IMG/VR virus record: IMGVR_UViG_3300008259_003073
Source of the DNA: a virus
Taxonomy: Duplodnaviria > Caudoviricetes
Reading direction: 5' to 3' (one strand)
Length of the DNA: 64,000 nt
Within the stretch, counting starts at the first letter, position 1. Each line of letters starts with the position of its first letter. Shown piece after piece: positions 9,834 through 17,003 of this stretch. The position numbers were made by a program, and so were the translations under genes. The notes below the pieces were generated by a model. That model saw nothing but the letters and a program-made list of their open reading frames with translations. It was not told the DNA's origin and did no database searches.

Positions 9834-10178
9834 TTATGATAATCTTACTTTAACCGCTCCTTGTGAGTGATACATTTGCCCAACCGCAACACCTGCCGCA
9901 GATGCCGATGCATCGTTCCAAGCCGCCGATGCTGAACCTGTGATATATGCAAATGATGTGTTTGCCATTTTAGTTGCAACACTACCACTTAAATTAGTAA
10001 TATCGGTATCAGTTGCTAAACCTGCACCATCTAATGTTGTTTGTAAGTTGGATGCAGAGATATATCCCCAATTACCATCTTGATTTTTTGCTAATAAAGT
10101 TGTTCCTGTTACACTTTGATATTCAGGAAAGTCCATTGCTGCTCCAAATACGGAGTATTTTTGTTCGGGATATGCCAT
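9834..10178 (-). CDS. Putative capsid decoration protein
   Basis: Immediately downstream of the major capsid gene; 114 aa ending in a DASASAAGVAVGQMYHSQGAVKVRLS motif typical of small phage structural proteins. Confidence 0.55.
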   Translation of the reverse strand: MAYPEQKYSVFGAAMDFPEYQSVTGTTLLAKNQDGNWGYISASNLQTTLDGAGLATDTDITNLSGSVATKMANTSFAYITGSASAAWNDASASAAGVAVGQMYHSQGAVKVRLS

Positions 10179-10213
10179 TTTTAATTTGTTTTTAGTTATT
10201 GTTAAATTACTAA

Positions 10214-10222
10214 TATAAATAT
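10214..10222 (-). promoter_or_regulatory. ATATTTATA promoter-like motif
   Basis: Exact motif abutting the U-tract of the major capsid terminator. Confidence 0.6.
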
Positions 10223-10252
10223 AAAAAAAAGAGGGAACATTACTGCTCCCTC
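10223..10252 (-). terminator. Intrinsic terminator after the major capsid gene
   Basis: Hairpin gagggaaca-ttac-tgctccctc followed on the minus strand by T8. Confidence 0.8.
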
Positions 10253-10276
10253 AATTTTTATTTAAAACTCTAAATA

Positions 10277-11890
10277 TTAAAGAGTTTCTAAACCATCTAC
10301 GAGAATCTTACCGTAGAATTCTGGTCTTACGATTTTCTTTGCGTAACGAGTCATAACACCTCTACGTGGAGTAAAGTTGGTTGGGTCGTACACTAAAGGA
10401 GTCATAATCAATGGTACATAAGGTGCGTAAACTGCTCCAGTCTCGAAGAAGTTAGAACCTTTGAAACCTAACAAGATTACGTTTTCAGTCATGTAAGGGT
10501 TTTTGTAAACATCGTATCTGTTAGAGATTGAACCGATGTTAGTTACACCTGCTGCGAAAGTCAACGCATCTTTACCAGGGTTTGCAGAGAATCCGTTCAT
10601 TGATTCCAAAATTGTAGCTACGTTTGGAGAAACAACCAAGAAGTTTGCTCCACCACGCATAGTCAATTGGTGAATTTTGTTAGATACTTTCTGCAATTTG
10701 ATACCCAAAGTTTGGAACCAAGTATTCTTTTGGTAAGCCGAAGCAGCTGCTGCGTTAGAATCAATAGCGAATCCAGCACCAGTCCACTCATATCCTACTT
10801 TAGATGACCAGTATTCAGTTGTGAATGCGTTCTGCTGCAACATCTCAAGGATTTCCAAATCAATCTCCAAAGAGATGTATTCAGATAACATTTGAGTCAA
10901 TTCAGCTTCTGCATCTACAGAGTGATATGCGTTCAAATCTTGCGCCAATTCAGGAGTCCAAATTGCCTTCAACTTACGTGTTTTAGCAACGATAGGCTCT
11001 GATTTCAATTCCAATTCAATTTCTGGAATTGCCAAATCTGTTCCTCTATCTTCGAAATCACCACGAGAAATATCAGTAGGTTGTACGTGATATGCCAATG
11101 ATACACCAACAGTTGTAAGGTTAGATAAACCAGTTACAGATGCAACGAATTCAACATTTGAACCATTTTTAGTTGTGTATTGTGGATAGTATCCTGTTAC
11201 AGAACCTGTTAATAAAGTTGGTTCGAAAGCTCTAACACCATTGAAATCAGCATCAGCTGGTAAAGCTACAACGATTTTCTTCAATGTGTTACCTGCGAAT
11301 GATGCAGAAACTGAACCAGAAGATAAATCATAATCGATATCAGCTAAAGATGCAGATGCAAAAGTAGCAGTGATAGCAGCAGTAGCGTTGTTGATTGTAT
11401 AACCAAAACGTCCTGCACCATAAAGACCTCCTTCTGGAGATTGAGTTGAACCTAGTTTGTTACCAGCTGGAGATAAAGAATCTTTACCGAAAGTACCACT
11501 GTTACCAAACAAAGATGAACCTGTGAAATTTGGATTACCCGCTGGGTTAGTACCATATTTGAAGTCCATGTAGAAAATAAGACCTGATGGTAAGTTCATT
11601 GGTTGAACTGAAACGAATTCTTTCGCTGCAATAGAACCGAAGATACGTCTTACCAAAGGAAGAGCCACACCAGCCCACTCTTCAGAACCTGAAGAAGTAC
11701 CAGTACGAGTTGCCTCATCCAATAATTGTTTAGCCTGGTTTTCTAACATTACTGCCATACCATGCTTTGTAGTTTCAGAACCTACTCCTTCAAGTAGACC
11801 TGTTCTTTCCCATTTGCCTTTCAAACCTCTGGTTTGCTCAAGCATCACGCTCTGTGGGTTCGCGCCGCTCATTAATTTTTTAATGTTCAT
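10277..11890 (-). CDS. gp23: Major capsid protein, T4 gp23-like
   Basis: VQPMNLPSGLIFYMDFKY, AKTRKLKAIWTPELAQDLNAYHSVDAEAELT and YAPYVPL...DPTNFTPRRGVMTRY motifs. Confidence 0.97.
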   Translation of the reverse strand: MNIKKLMSGANPQSVMLEQTRGLKGKWERTGLLEGVGSETTKHGMAVMLENQAKQLLDEATRTGTSSGSEEWAGVALPLVRRIFGSIAAKEFVSVQPMNLPSGLIFYMDFKYGTNPAGNPNFTGSSLFGNSGTFGKDSLSPAGNKLGSTQSPEGGLYGAGRFGYTINNATAAITATFASASLADIDYDLSSGSVSASFAGNTLKKIVVALPADADFNGVRAFEPTLLTGSVTGYYPQYTTKNGSNVEFVASVTGLSNLTTVGVSLAYHVQPTDISRGDFEDRGTDLAIPEIELELKSEPIVAKTRKLKAIWTPELAQDLNAYHSVDAEAELTQMLSEYISLEIDLEILEMLQQNAFTTEYWSSKVGYEWTGAGFAIDSNAAAASAYQKNTWFQTLGIKLQKVSNKIHQLTMRGGANFLVVSPNVATILESMNGFSANPGKDALTFAAGVTNIGSISNRYDVYKNPYMTENVILLGFKGSNFFETGAVYAPYVPLIMTPLVYDPTNFTPRRGVMTRYAKKIVRPEFYGKILVDGLETL

Positions 11891-11919
11891 TTTAAATGAA
11901 TTTATTTGTTTTATTTAAA

Positions 11920-13173
11920 TTATTTAATAATACCTGCTAATTTCTTAAATCTGTTAGCAAAATTAGCTGATTCATTGATTACCGCTTTAGATTGAGCAGG
12001 TTTTGTAGATTTAACTGCTTTACTAGCGATACCTTCTGAAATAGCCTTTTTAGTTAATTTGTTAGAAGATGAAGTATATTTGAAATTCTCTGCTAATGTA
12101 GAGAACACTAATTTAACCTCTCTTACTGATTTTGTTCTATCCAAAGTTTCAATCACTTTCACTTTTTGTTCGTTAGTCATGTTATGAGCTCTGAATAATT
12201 TGTTTGCAAACAATAATTTGGCGTTCAATAAGTTCACCTCATTAATAGTTTTTTGAAGAGTTCTGATAGTTCGGTACGCCTCATTCAAGTCTTTCTTTAG
12301 AGATTCTGCCTTTGGCTCTTCTTCACTTGAACCATACTCATCTTCCATTTCTCTCAAGATTTCTGCTAAATCAACCGTATCTTCATCTTCTTCTTCACCT
12401 TCGTTAGTTACCACTACTTTAGGGTCTTCACCTTTATCAGTACCTGCTTCTGAACCATCTGCTAAATTTTCGTTAGCTGGGAAAGGGTTTTCTTCGTATT
12501 CTTCTTCTTCACCTTCCATAGCTGGCTCTTCTTCATCACCTAACTGTGCTTCTAATTCTCTGATGATAGCTTCCAATCCCATTTCGTCTTCTTCTTCACC
12601 CTCCATTGGGTCTTCTCCAAAAGAATCTTCTTCACCACCAGCCATTGCCATTGGGTCTTCTTCTTCTGTTGCTGCGAAAGGGTCACCTTCTTCTTCACCA
12701 CCGAATTCATCTGCACCACCAAATTCGTCTTCACCTTCTAATTCTGCTAATCTTGCTTTTAATTCAGCAATTTCTGCATCCTTATCAGATTCTTCTTCAC
12801 CACCGAAGTCGAATTCATCTTCTTCGTTAATATCTGCTACTTTTTTGTAGTCAGTACCTGCTGCCTCTGGCTTACCACTATCTTTCTTTACACCTACTGA
12901 TAAATCAGTAATTGCATCGTAAGATGGATTTGCTCCAGGGGTTTCAGGGTATCCAGCATCTGATTTAGACCCGATACCATCTGAACTTAATTCCTCGTCT
13001 ACTTGTTCTGCATCATCTTCCATTTCTGCTTCTGCTCTCATCTTTTGAGATAAGATAGATTGAAGTCGTGGAGTAAATGCCTCTTCAAGCGCAAGTTTTG
13101 CGTTTGCTAAAGCGGTTTCTTTAACGGCTTTGGCATCAGCGATTGCTTCTTTCAATAATTTTGAATTTGCCAT
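11920..13173 (-). CDS. gp22: Prohead core scaffolding protein, gp22-like
   Basis: Directly upstream of the major capsid gene; very acidic centre; coiled-coil C-terminus NEVNLLNAKLLFANKLF...REVKLVFSTL; many [IL]xE sites. Confidence 0.8.
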   Translation of the reverse strand: MANSKLLKEAIADAKAVKETALANAKLALEEAFTPRLQSILSQKMRAEAEMEDDAEQVDEELSSDGIGSKSDAGYPETPGANPSYDAITDLSVGVKKDSGKPEAAGTDYKKVADINEEDEFDFGGEEESDKDAEIAELKARLAELEGEDEFGGADEFGGEEEGDPFAATEEEDPMAMAGGEEDSFGEDPMEGEEEDEMGLEAIIRELEAQLGDEEEPAMEGEEEEYEENPFPANENLADGSEAGTDKGEDPKVVVTNEGEEEDEDTVDLAEILREMEDEYGSSEEEPKAESLKKDLNEAYRTIRTLQKTINEVNLLNAKLLFANKLFRAHNMTNEQKVKVIETLDRTKSVREVKLVFSTLAENFKYTSSSNKLTKKAISEGIASKAVKSTKPAQSKAVINESANFANRFKKLAGIIK

Positions 13174-13317
13174 TTTTGTTGTATGTTGATTGTGAAGTTA
13201 TTTCTAAAAAACTCCAATAGGATTATGCTGATTGTTCGGTCACATCTTATATGAAAGAGTATTCGTTAATCAACTGTACTTTAATTAAAAAATCCTATAT
13301 GAGATAGGATATTCGAA

Positions 13318-13326
13318 AATAAATAT
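13318..13326 (-). promoter_or_regulatory. ATATTTAT(T) promoter-like motif for the scaffold/capsid transcript
   Basis: Variant motif 144 nt upstream of the scaffold ATG, just after the bS21 stop. Confidence 0.5.
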
Positions 13327-13343
13327 ATAAATTTTTTAGAAAA

Positions 13344-13532
13344 CTAAAGAAAACCCAAATCTTTTTGATTCTTTCTTATAGCTTTTTCTTTTTCTAATCT
13401 ATTTTTAACGGATGGTTTAACAAATGTCTGCCGTTCTCTTAACTGCTCTACTTGTTTAATGTTCTGAACTTTTCTCTTATATTGTTTCAGAGCTAGTTCT
13501 ATATTACCGTTTTTAATATCAATTATAATCAT
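13344..13532 (-). CDS. rpsU: Ribosomal protein bS21 homologue, Bacteroidota-type
   Basis: 62 aa, basic; IELALKQYKRK...QLRERQTFVKPSVKNR matches the bS21 signature (ALKRxKRK...LRxRxxFxKPS). Confidence 0.9.
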   Translation of the reverse strand: MIIIDIKNGNIELALKQYKRKVQNIKQVEQLRERQTFVKPSVKNRLEKEKAIRKNQKDLGFL

Positions 13533-13537
13533 AATTA

Positions 13538-13909
13538 TTATTGATGATTTACTAATTTGTATTTTGTTCTATATAACAGAGATACAACCGTATCAATATC
13601 GTTTTGTAACCAACTATCTTTTAATTTAGGATTTTGTCTTAATCTAGCTACCATATTACATAAAGTATCAAAGTATTTAATGATATTTTTAATATCATTA
13701 TTTTTATCCAATGTTCCAATGCCAGATAATTGAATTAATCCTTCTTTACCCTGATATGTTTCTACTAACCCATCAATCAATCCACCAATTGAATCATAGT
13801 AATCTCCCAATGCCAAATGAGCAGAATGAGAACCAATTCCTTTAACTCCTAAATGAAATGAGTGAGCTTGGGTTCTACTTTGTAATAATAATGATGCTAA
13901 TTCTTCCAT
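13538..13909 (-). CDS. Ferritin/Dps-like four-helix-bundle protein (phage family)
   Basis: AHSFHL...SAHLALGDYY..I..LIDGLVETYQG...LQNDID.VV.LL..T.YKL pattern. Confidence 0.6.
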   Translation of the reverse strand: MEELASLLLQSRTQAHSFHLGVKGIGSHSAHLALGDYYDSIGGLIDGLVETYQGKEGLIQLSGIGTLDKNNDIKNIIKYFDTLCNMVARLRQNPKLKDSWLQNDIDTVVSLLYRTKYKLVNHQ

Positions 13910-13915
13910 TTATTT

Positions 13916-14353
13916 TTATGCTTTCCATTTCATTGCCTGCATTTTCTTACTCATGTCAGATGTTATTCCTCTTTCGGTAGCCTCATCATTCATTGCTTTG
14001 GTTGCAGTTCTTGTCAATTCCAATTCTAATTCTTGGTAATTAATATCTGGATCGTCTTTATATTGTTTTAATATCCGTTGTGTATATGAATCGTTAACAA
14101 ATGCAGTTATCCAAGCTGGTCCAATTCCAGTAGTAGAAACAATATCATTCATTCTACTAATAAACCCTCTGTTACCATATAATTTTTTGTAAATATCTTT
14201 TAATGCTCTCTGTACTCCAACACTTCTACCATGATAATATGCATCGACATTATCGGCTAATTTACTAAAGAACATAGTAATAAACCCAAAGAATGCAATA
14301 GTGCCAAGTATTGCCAATAATCCTAGTTCATTCAAAGGTTCTTTTTGTGACAT
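13916..14353 (-). CDS. Putative internal head protein with hydrophobic helix after an LNE site
   Basis: MSQKEPLNE followed by the hydrophobic LGLLAILGTIAFFGFITMFF; paralogue of the 15869-16270 module. Confidence 0.5.
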   Translation of the reverse strand: MSQKEPLNELGLLAILGTIAFFGFITMFFSKLADNVDAYYHGRSVGVQRALKDIYKKLYGNRGFISRMNDIVSTTGIGPAWITAFVNDSYTQRILKQYKDDPDINYQELELELTRTATKAMNDEATERGITSDMSKKMQAMKWKA

Positions 14354-14365
14354 TATTTTTATATT

Positions 14366-15001
14366 TTAATATTTTGGACCCATATTACCTTTTGCCATAG
14401 AATCTGCCCAAATTTGGAACATCTTCTTTAAATCAGCAGGTAATTGTTTATCTCTAATGGATAGTTTTCCATCAGGTGAAATATGTGCGATTATTTTGTA
14501 ATCACCATGTTGTTCTTCTGCTCTATTCCAAATAGTTAAACCATTTCCCATATAGCCAGAACCAATATCGTATTTTTTAGCTTCTTGAATTGAACTTCTA
14601 CCCAATCGTTGCTTCATAACTTCTTCAGATACATCAGCAATTTCAAAGTATCTACCCAATACATGACCCATATCTTCGTACAATGCTTCTAATCTTTCTT
14701 CCTGTGCTTTTGCTTCAAGTGATTCTTTTTCGAATGCAGATTGTAATTTTTTCAATTCATTCATATTACGCTTAATTGTAACTCTATCGAACCAATCACC
14801 ACCCTCTCTTAAAGTATATTCTTGTGCAGCATCTGCAATCCCACCTAAAGTTTCTGCAATAGTTCTGATGTCAGATTTTCTACGCATTCCCTCTCTATGC
14901 TGTCCATAGGTAGAAATAATTTCCAAAAAGTGTCTTTTCAACTCTGTTGGGAGTTGTTGAAGTTCTTCTGATTCTTTGAGTAAATTTTTTAAACGTATCA
15001 T
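14366..15001 (-). CDS. Putative internal head protein
   Basis: N-terminal MIRLKNLLKE propeptide-like segment; a second module follows IQE; located in the head gene cluster. Confidence 0.55.
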   Translation of the reverse strand: MIRLKNLLKESEELQQLPTELKRHFLEIISTYGQHREGMRRKSDIRTIAETLGGIADAAQEYTLREGGDWFDRVTIKRNMNELKKLQSAFEKESLEAKAQEERLEALYEDMGHVLGRYFEIADVSEEVMKQRLGRSSIQEAKKYDIGSGYMGNGLTIWNRAEEQHGDYKIIAHISPDGKLSIRDKQLPADLKKMFQIWADSMAKGNMGPKY

Positions 15002-15002
15002 A

Positions 15003-15269
15003 TTATTTCTTTAATATATCGTTTTTCTTAATTTTTGAAACGTATCTCATCATTTCTTGCTTATCAATTCCCATAGCATCGATTACCTTTGCTAATACAA
15101 GAATTTCTTTTTTACGAGAAAGACTCATTCCTTTGATTTGAGCTACCATTTTATCCAAATATCTTTCTATCGATACTGGTAAGTTAGTGTCCAAATCATC
15201 CAATGCTTCTTTGATTGTTGGTTTTGGAGCTGCGTTTCTGCCTGGTATAAAATTTACTAATTTTGCCAT
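15003..15269 (-). CDS. Conserved hypothetical head-region protein
   Basis: 88 aa, coupled to neighbouring genes, IKE site near the N-terminus. Confidence 0.5.
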   Translation of the reverse strand: MAKLVNFIPGRNAAPKPTIKEALDDLDTNLPVSIERYLDKMVAQIKGMSLSRKKEILVLAKVIDAMGIDKQEMMRYVSKIKKNDILKK

Positions 15270-15276
15270 ATTTTTG

Positions 15277-15867
15277 TTAATTTAATTCTATTATAATTTC
15301 TCTCATTAAATCTTGTGATTTACACCACTTACCACATTCTTCTGCCATTTTAGCCCACTGCTTTGATTCATTCATTGGTGCCATAAATGCTCCATGTGTG
15401 GATGGATTAGAAACGAAATCCCAACCAACCAATTCGAAATCTTCCTGAACCATTACGGTCCCATCTTTTAATTCCTTTACTGAACCTAATCCTCGTGATG
15501 AAATACCTAAACGGATATTATTTTTTAATAATTCTTTTAAGATATTACCAGATGGAGTTGAAAGAATTTCTACTACACCACATACATCATCACCTTCCCA
15601 ATAAATTTCTCTAATGTTGTGGGATACATTTTTTAAGTTGATAACAGGAGAATCTGGATGGTCCAACTCACCTAGCGCTCTACGTTCTTTAATAAGTTGT
15701 TTGTATTTTGCACATTCTCTTTCTAAAATTTCTCTAGGATAGCGTCTACCATTTTGATTAGCAGCACCTGCTCTTTGTAAGATGCCCTTTACCAAATATG
15801 TTCCATTTTCTTCTTGTTGAAGTTTTGCTTCAAACAAATGGGTTTCTATCAATAATCCTTTATTCAT
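15277..15867 (-). CDS. gp21: Prohead protease, T4 gp21-like
   Basis: NQNGRRYP, ALGELDHP, VSH, LGISSRGLGS and DFVSNPS motifs. Confidence 0.95.
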   Translation of the reverse strand: MNKGLLIETHLFEAKLQQEENGTYLVKGILQRAGAANQNGRRYPREILERECAKYKQLIKERRALGELDHPDSPVINLKNVSHNIREIYWEGDDVCGVVEILSTPSGNILKELLKNNIRLGISSRGLGSVKELKDGTVMVQEDFELVGWDFVSNPSTHGAFMAPMNESKQWAKMAEECGKWCKSQDLMREIIIELN

Positions 15868-15868
15868 C

Positions 15869-16270
15869 TTACTTTATATCGTTTTTAACCTTTTCAATTG
15901 CTTTCTTACTATCGTTAGACCAAGCTTTCAAAAATATATTTTTTAAACCACTTTCAATATCTTCTTTATCAACATTATCGTTATTTACTTTTTTAATAAG
16001 AGATTGAATATAATCAGATTTAACCATTTTATCTGCAGCTGCAGCGTTTACTCCGTTATTCTTTTCAATATATTCAGTAACATCACTTATAAATTTTTTA
16101 TTTGATTGTAATTCATCTAATATTCCTGATATTTCTTTTTCAGTTTCTTTAGAACCACTAAAGTATTTAATTCCTTTTTCTATTAAACCCCCTATGTAAT
16201 ACATTGCAATTTTACCAATAATGATACCAGTTAGTGTTGCCAGTATTCCAATAGCTATATTTTCATTTAC
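15869..16270 (-). CDS. Membrane-anchor module in the -1 frame behind a slippery site (ORF track calls only 15869-16204)
   Basis: The frame is open upstream of the ATG at 16204 as VNENIAIGILATLTGIIIGKIA, up to the A11 run; aligns with 13916-14353. Confidence 0.6.
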   Translation of the reverse strand, partial: VNENIAIGILATLTGIIIGKIAMYYIGGLIEKGIKYFSGSKETEKEISGILDELQSNKKFISDVTEYIEKNNGVNAAAADKMVKSDYIQSLIKKVNNDNVDKEDIESGLKNIFLKAWSNDSKKAIEKVKNDIK

Positions 16271-16290
16271 TTTTTTTTTTTAACCCCCTC
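16267..16290 (-). other. Candidate -1 frameshift / slippage site GAG GGG GTT AAA AAA AAA AAG TAA
   Basis: A11 run (16271-16281) ending in the A-AAA-AAG heptamer immediately before the stop codon; the -1 frame continues as a coherent protein. Confidence 0.55.
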
Positions 16291-16956
16291 GTTTGTTGAT
16301 TCAGTTGTTATCTTATTTTTTTTGAAATATGCAATTACATCTTTACCAGTATCAAATGCTTTTTGACCTCCCCAAGAAGAATGATACATCCAATATGAAT
16401 TGCTTCCATCTTCCCAATCAAAATCACCCGAAGATATTTCTCTACCATCATAGGTTAAATACCCAACACCTTGTTTAGAATAAAAACGATATTTACCATC
16501 TCTAAAATTAACATCTTCGTTTACTTTTGATTCGCTTTTGTTTATTTCTTTACCAGCTTTTACCGCATCTTTATGTGCATCAGAATTACCATGTGCAGGT
16601 TCTTCTCCTCTGGCTTTTTTAGCTCTTATGTTAGCCCACAACCCTGGATTTTCTTCTTCTACTTTTTTACCAGCTCTTAATGCTGCTAAATCGGAACCTT
16701 CAATTTCACCATCACCATCGGTATCAATTTTCTTTTGACCCGCAGTTAATTCAGCTTCATTATATCCTCTTAATCTTCCTTCAGATTTCGCTTTGTAAGC
16801 GGTATCTACTGCATTAAAAAATTTCTTCTTTTGTTCATCAGACATATCAGTAATTGATTTACCAACTTTATCCAACATATGTTTAAAAAGTTGTTGATAG
16901 TCTTGTTCCTCTCTAACAACATTTTTAATAAGTTCCAATAATTGTGATTTTTTCAT
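16267..16956 (-). CDS. Modular putative internal head protein
   Basis: MKKSQLLELIKNVVRE leader; DxDxDG EF-hand-like loop (IDTDGDGEIEGSD); GLWANIRAKK module; VNE/TNE boundaries; ends in KKKK at the A-run. Confidence 0.6.
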   Translation of the reverse strand: MKKSQLLELIKNVVREEQDYQQLFKHMLDKVGKSITDMSDEQKKKFFNAVDTAYKAKSEGRLRGYNEAELTAGQKKIDTDGDGEIEGSDLAALRAGKKVEEENPGLWANIRAKKARGEEPAHGNSDAHKDAVKAGKEINKSESKVNEDVNFRDGKYRFYSKQGVGYLTYDGREISSGDFDWEDGSNSYWMYHSSWGGQKAFDTGKDVIAYFKKNKITTESTNEGVKKKK

Positions 16957-16987
16957 TATTTGTACTTTTAGTATTACTTCTATAATG

Positions 16988-16996
16988 TATAAATAT
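16988..16996 (-). promoter_or_regulatory. ATATTTATA promoter-like motif
   Basis: Exact motif, intergenic, upstream of the ATG at 16956. Confidence 0.6.
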
Positions 16997-17003
16997 ATGT
17001 ATT

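Noticed and set aside
16188-16195. Second AGGGGGTT as part of a frameshift stimulator
   Set aside because: It is a direct repeat of the upstream element, cannot pair with it, and is explained by Gly-Gly codons; it also shows that G5 runs are not unique, which weakens the SD-like argument somewhat.
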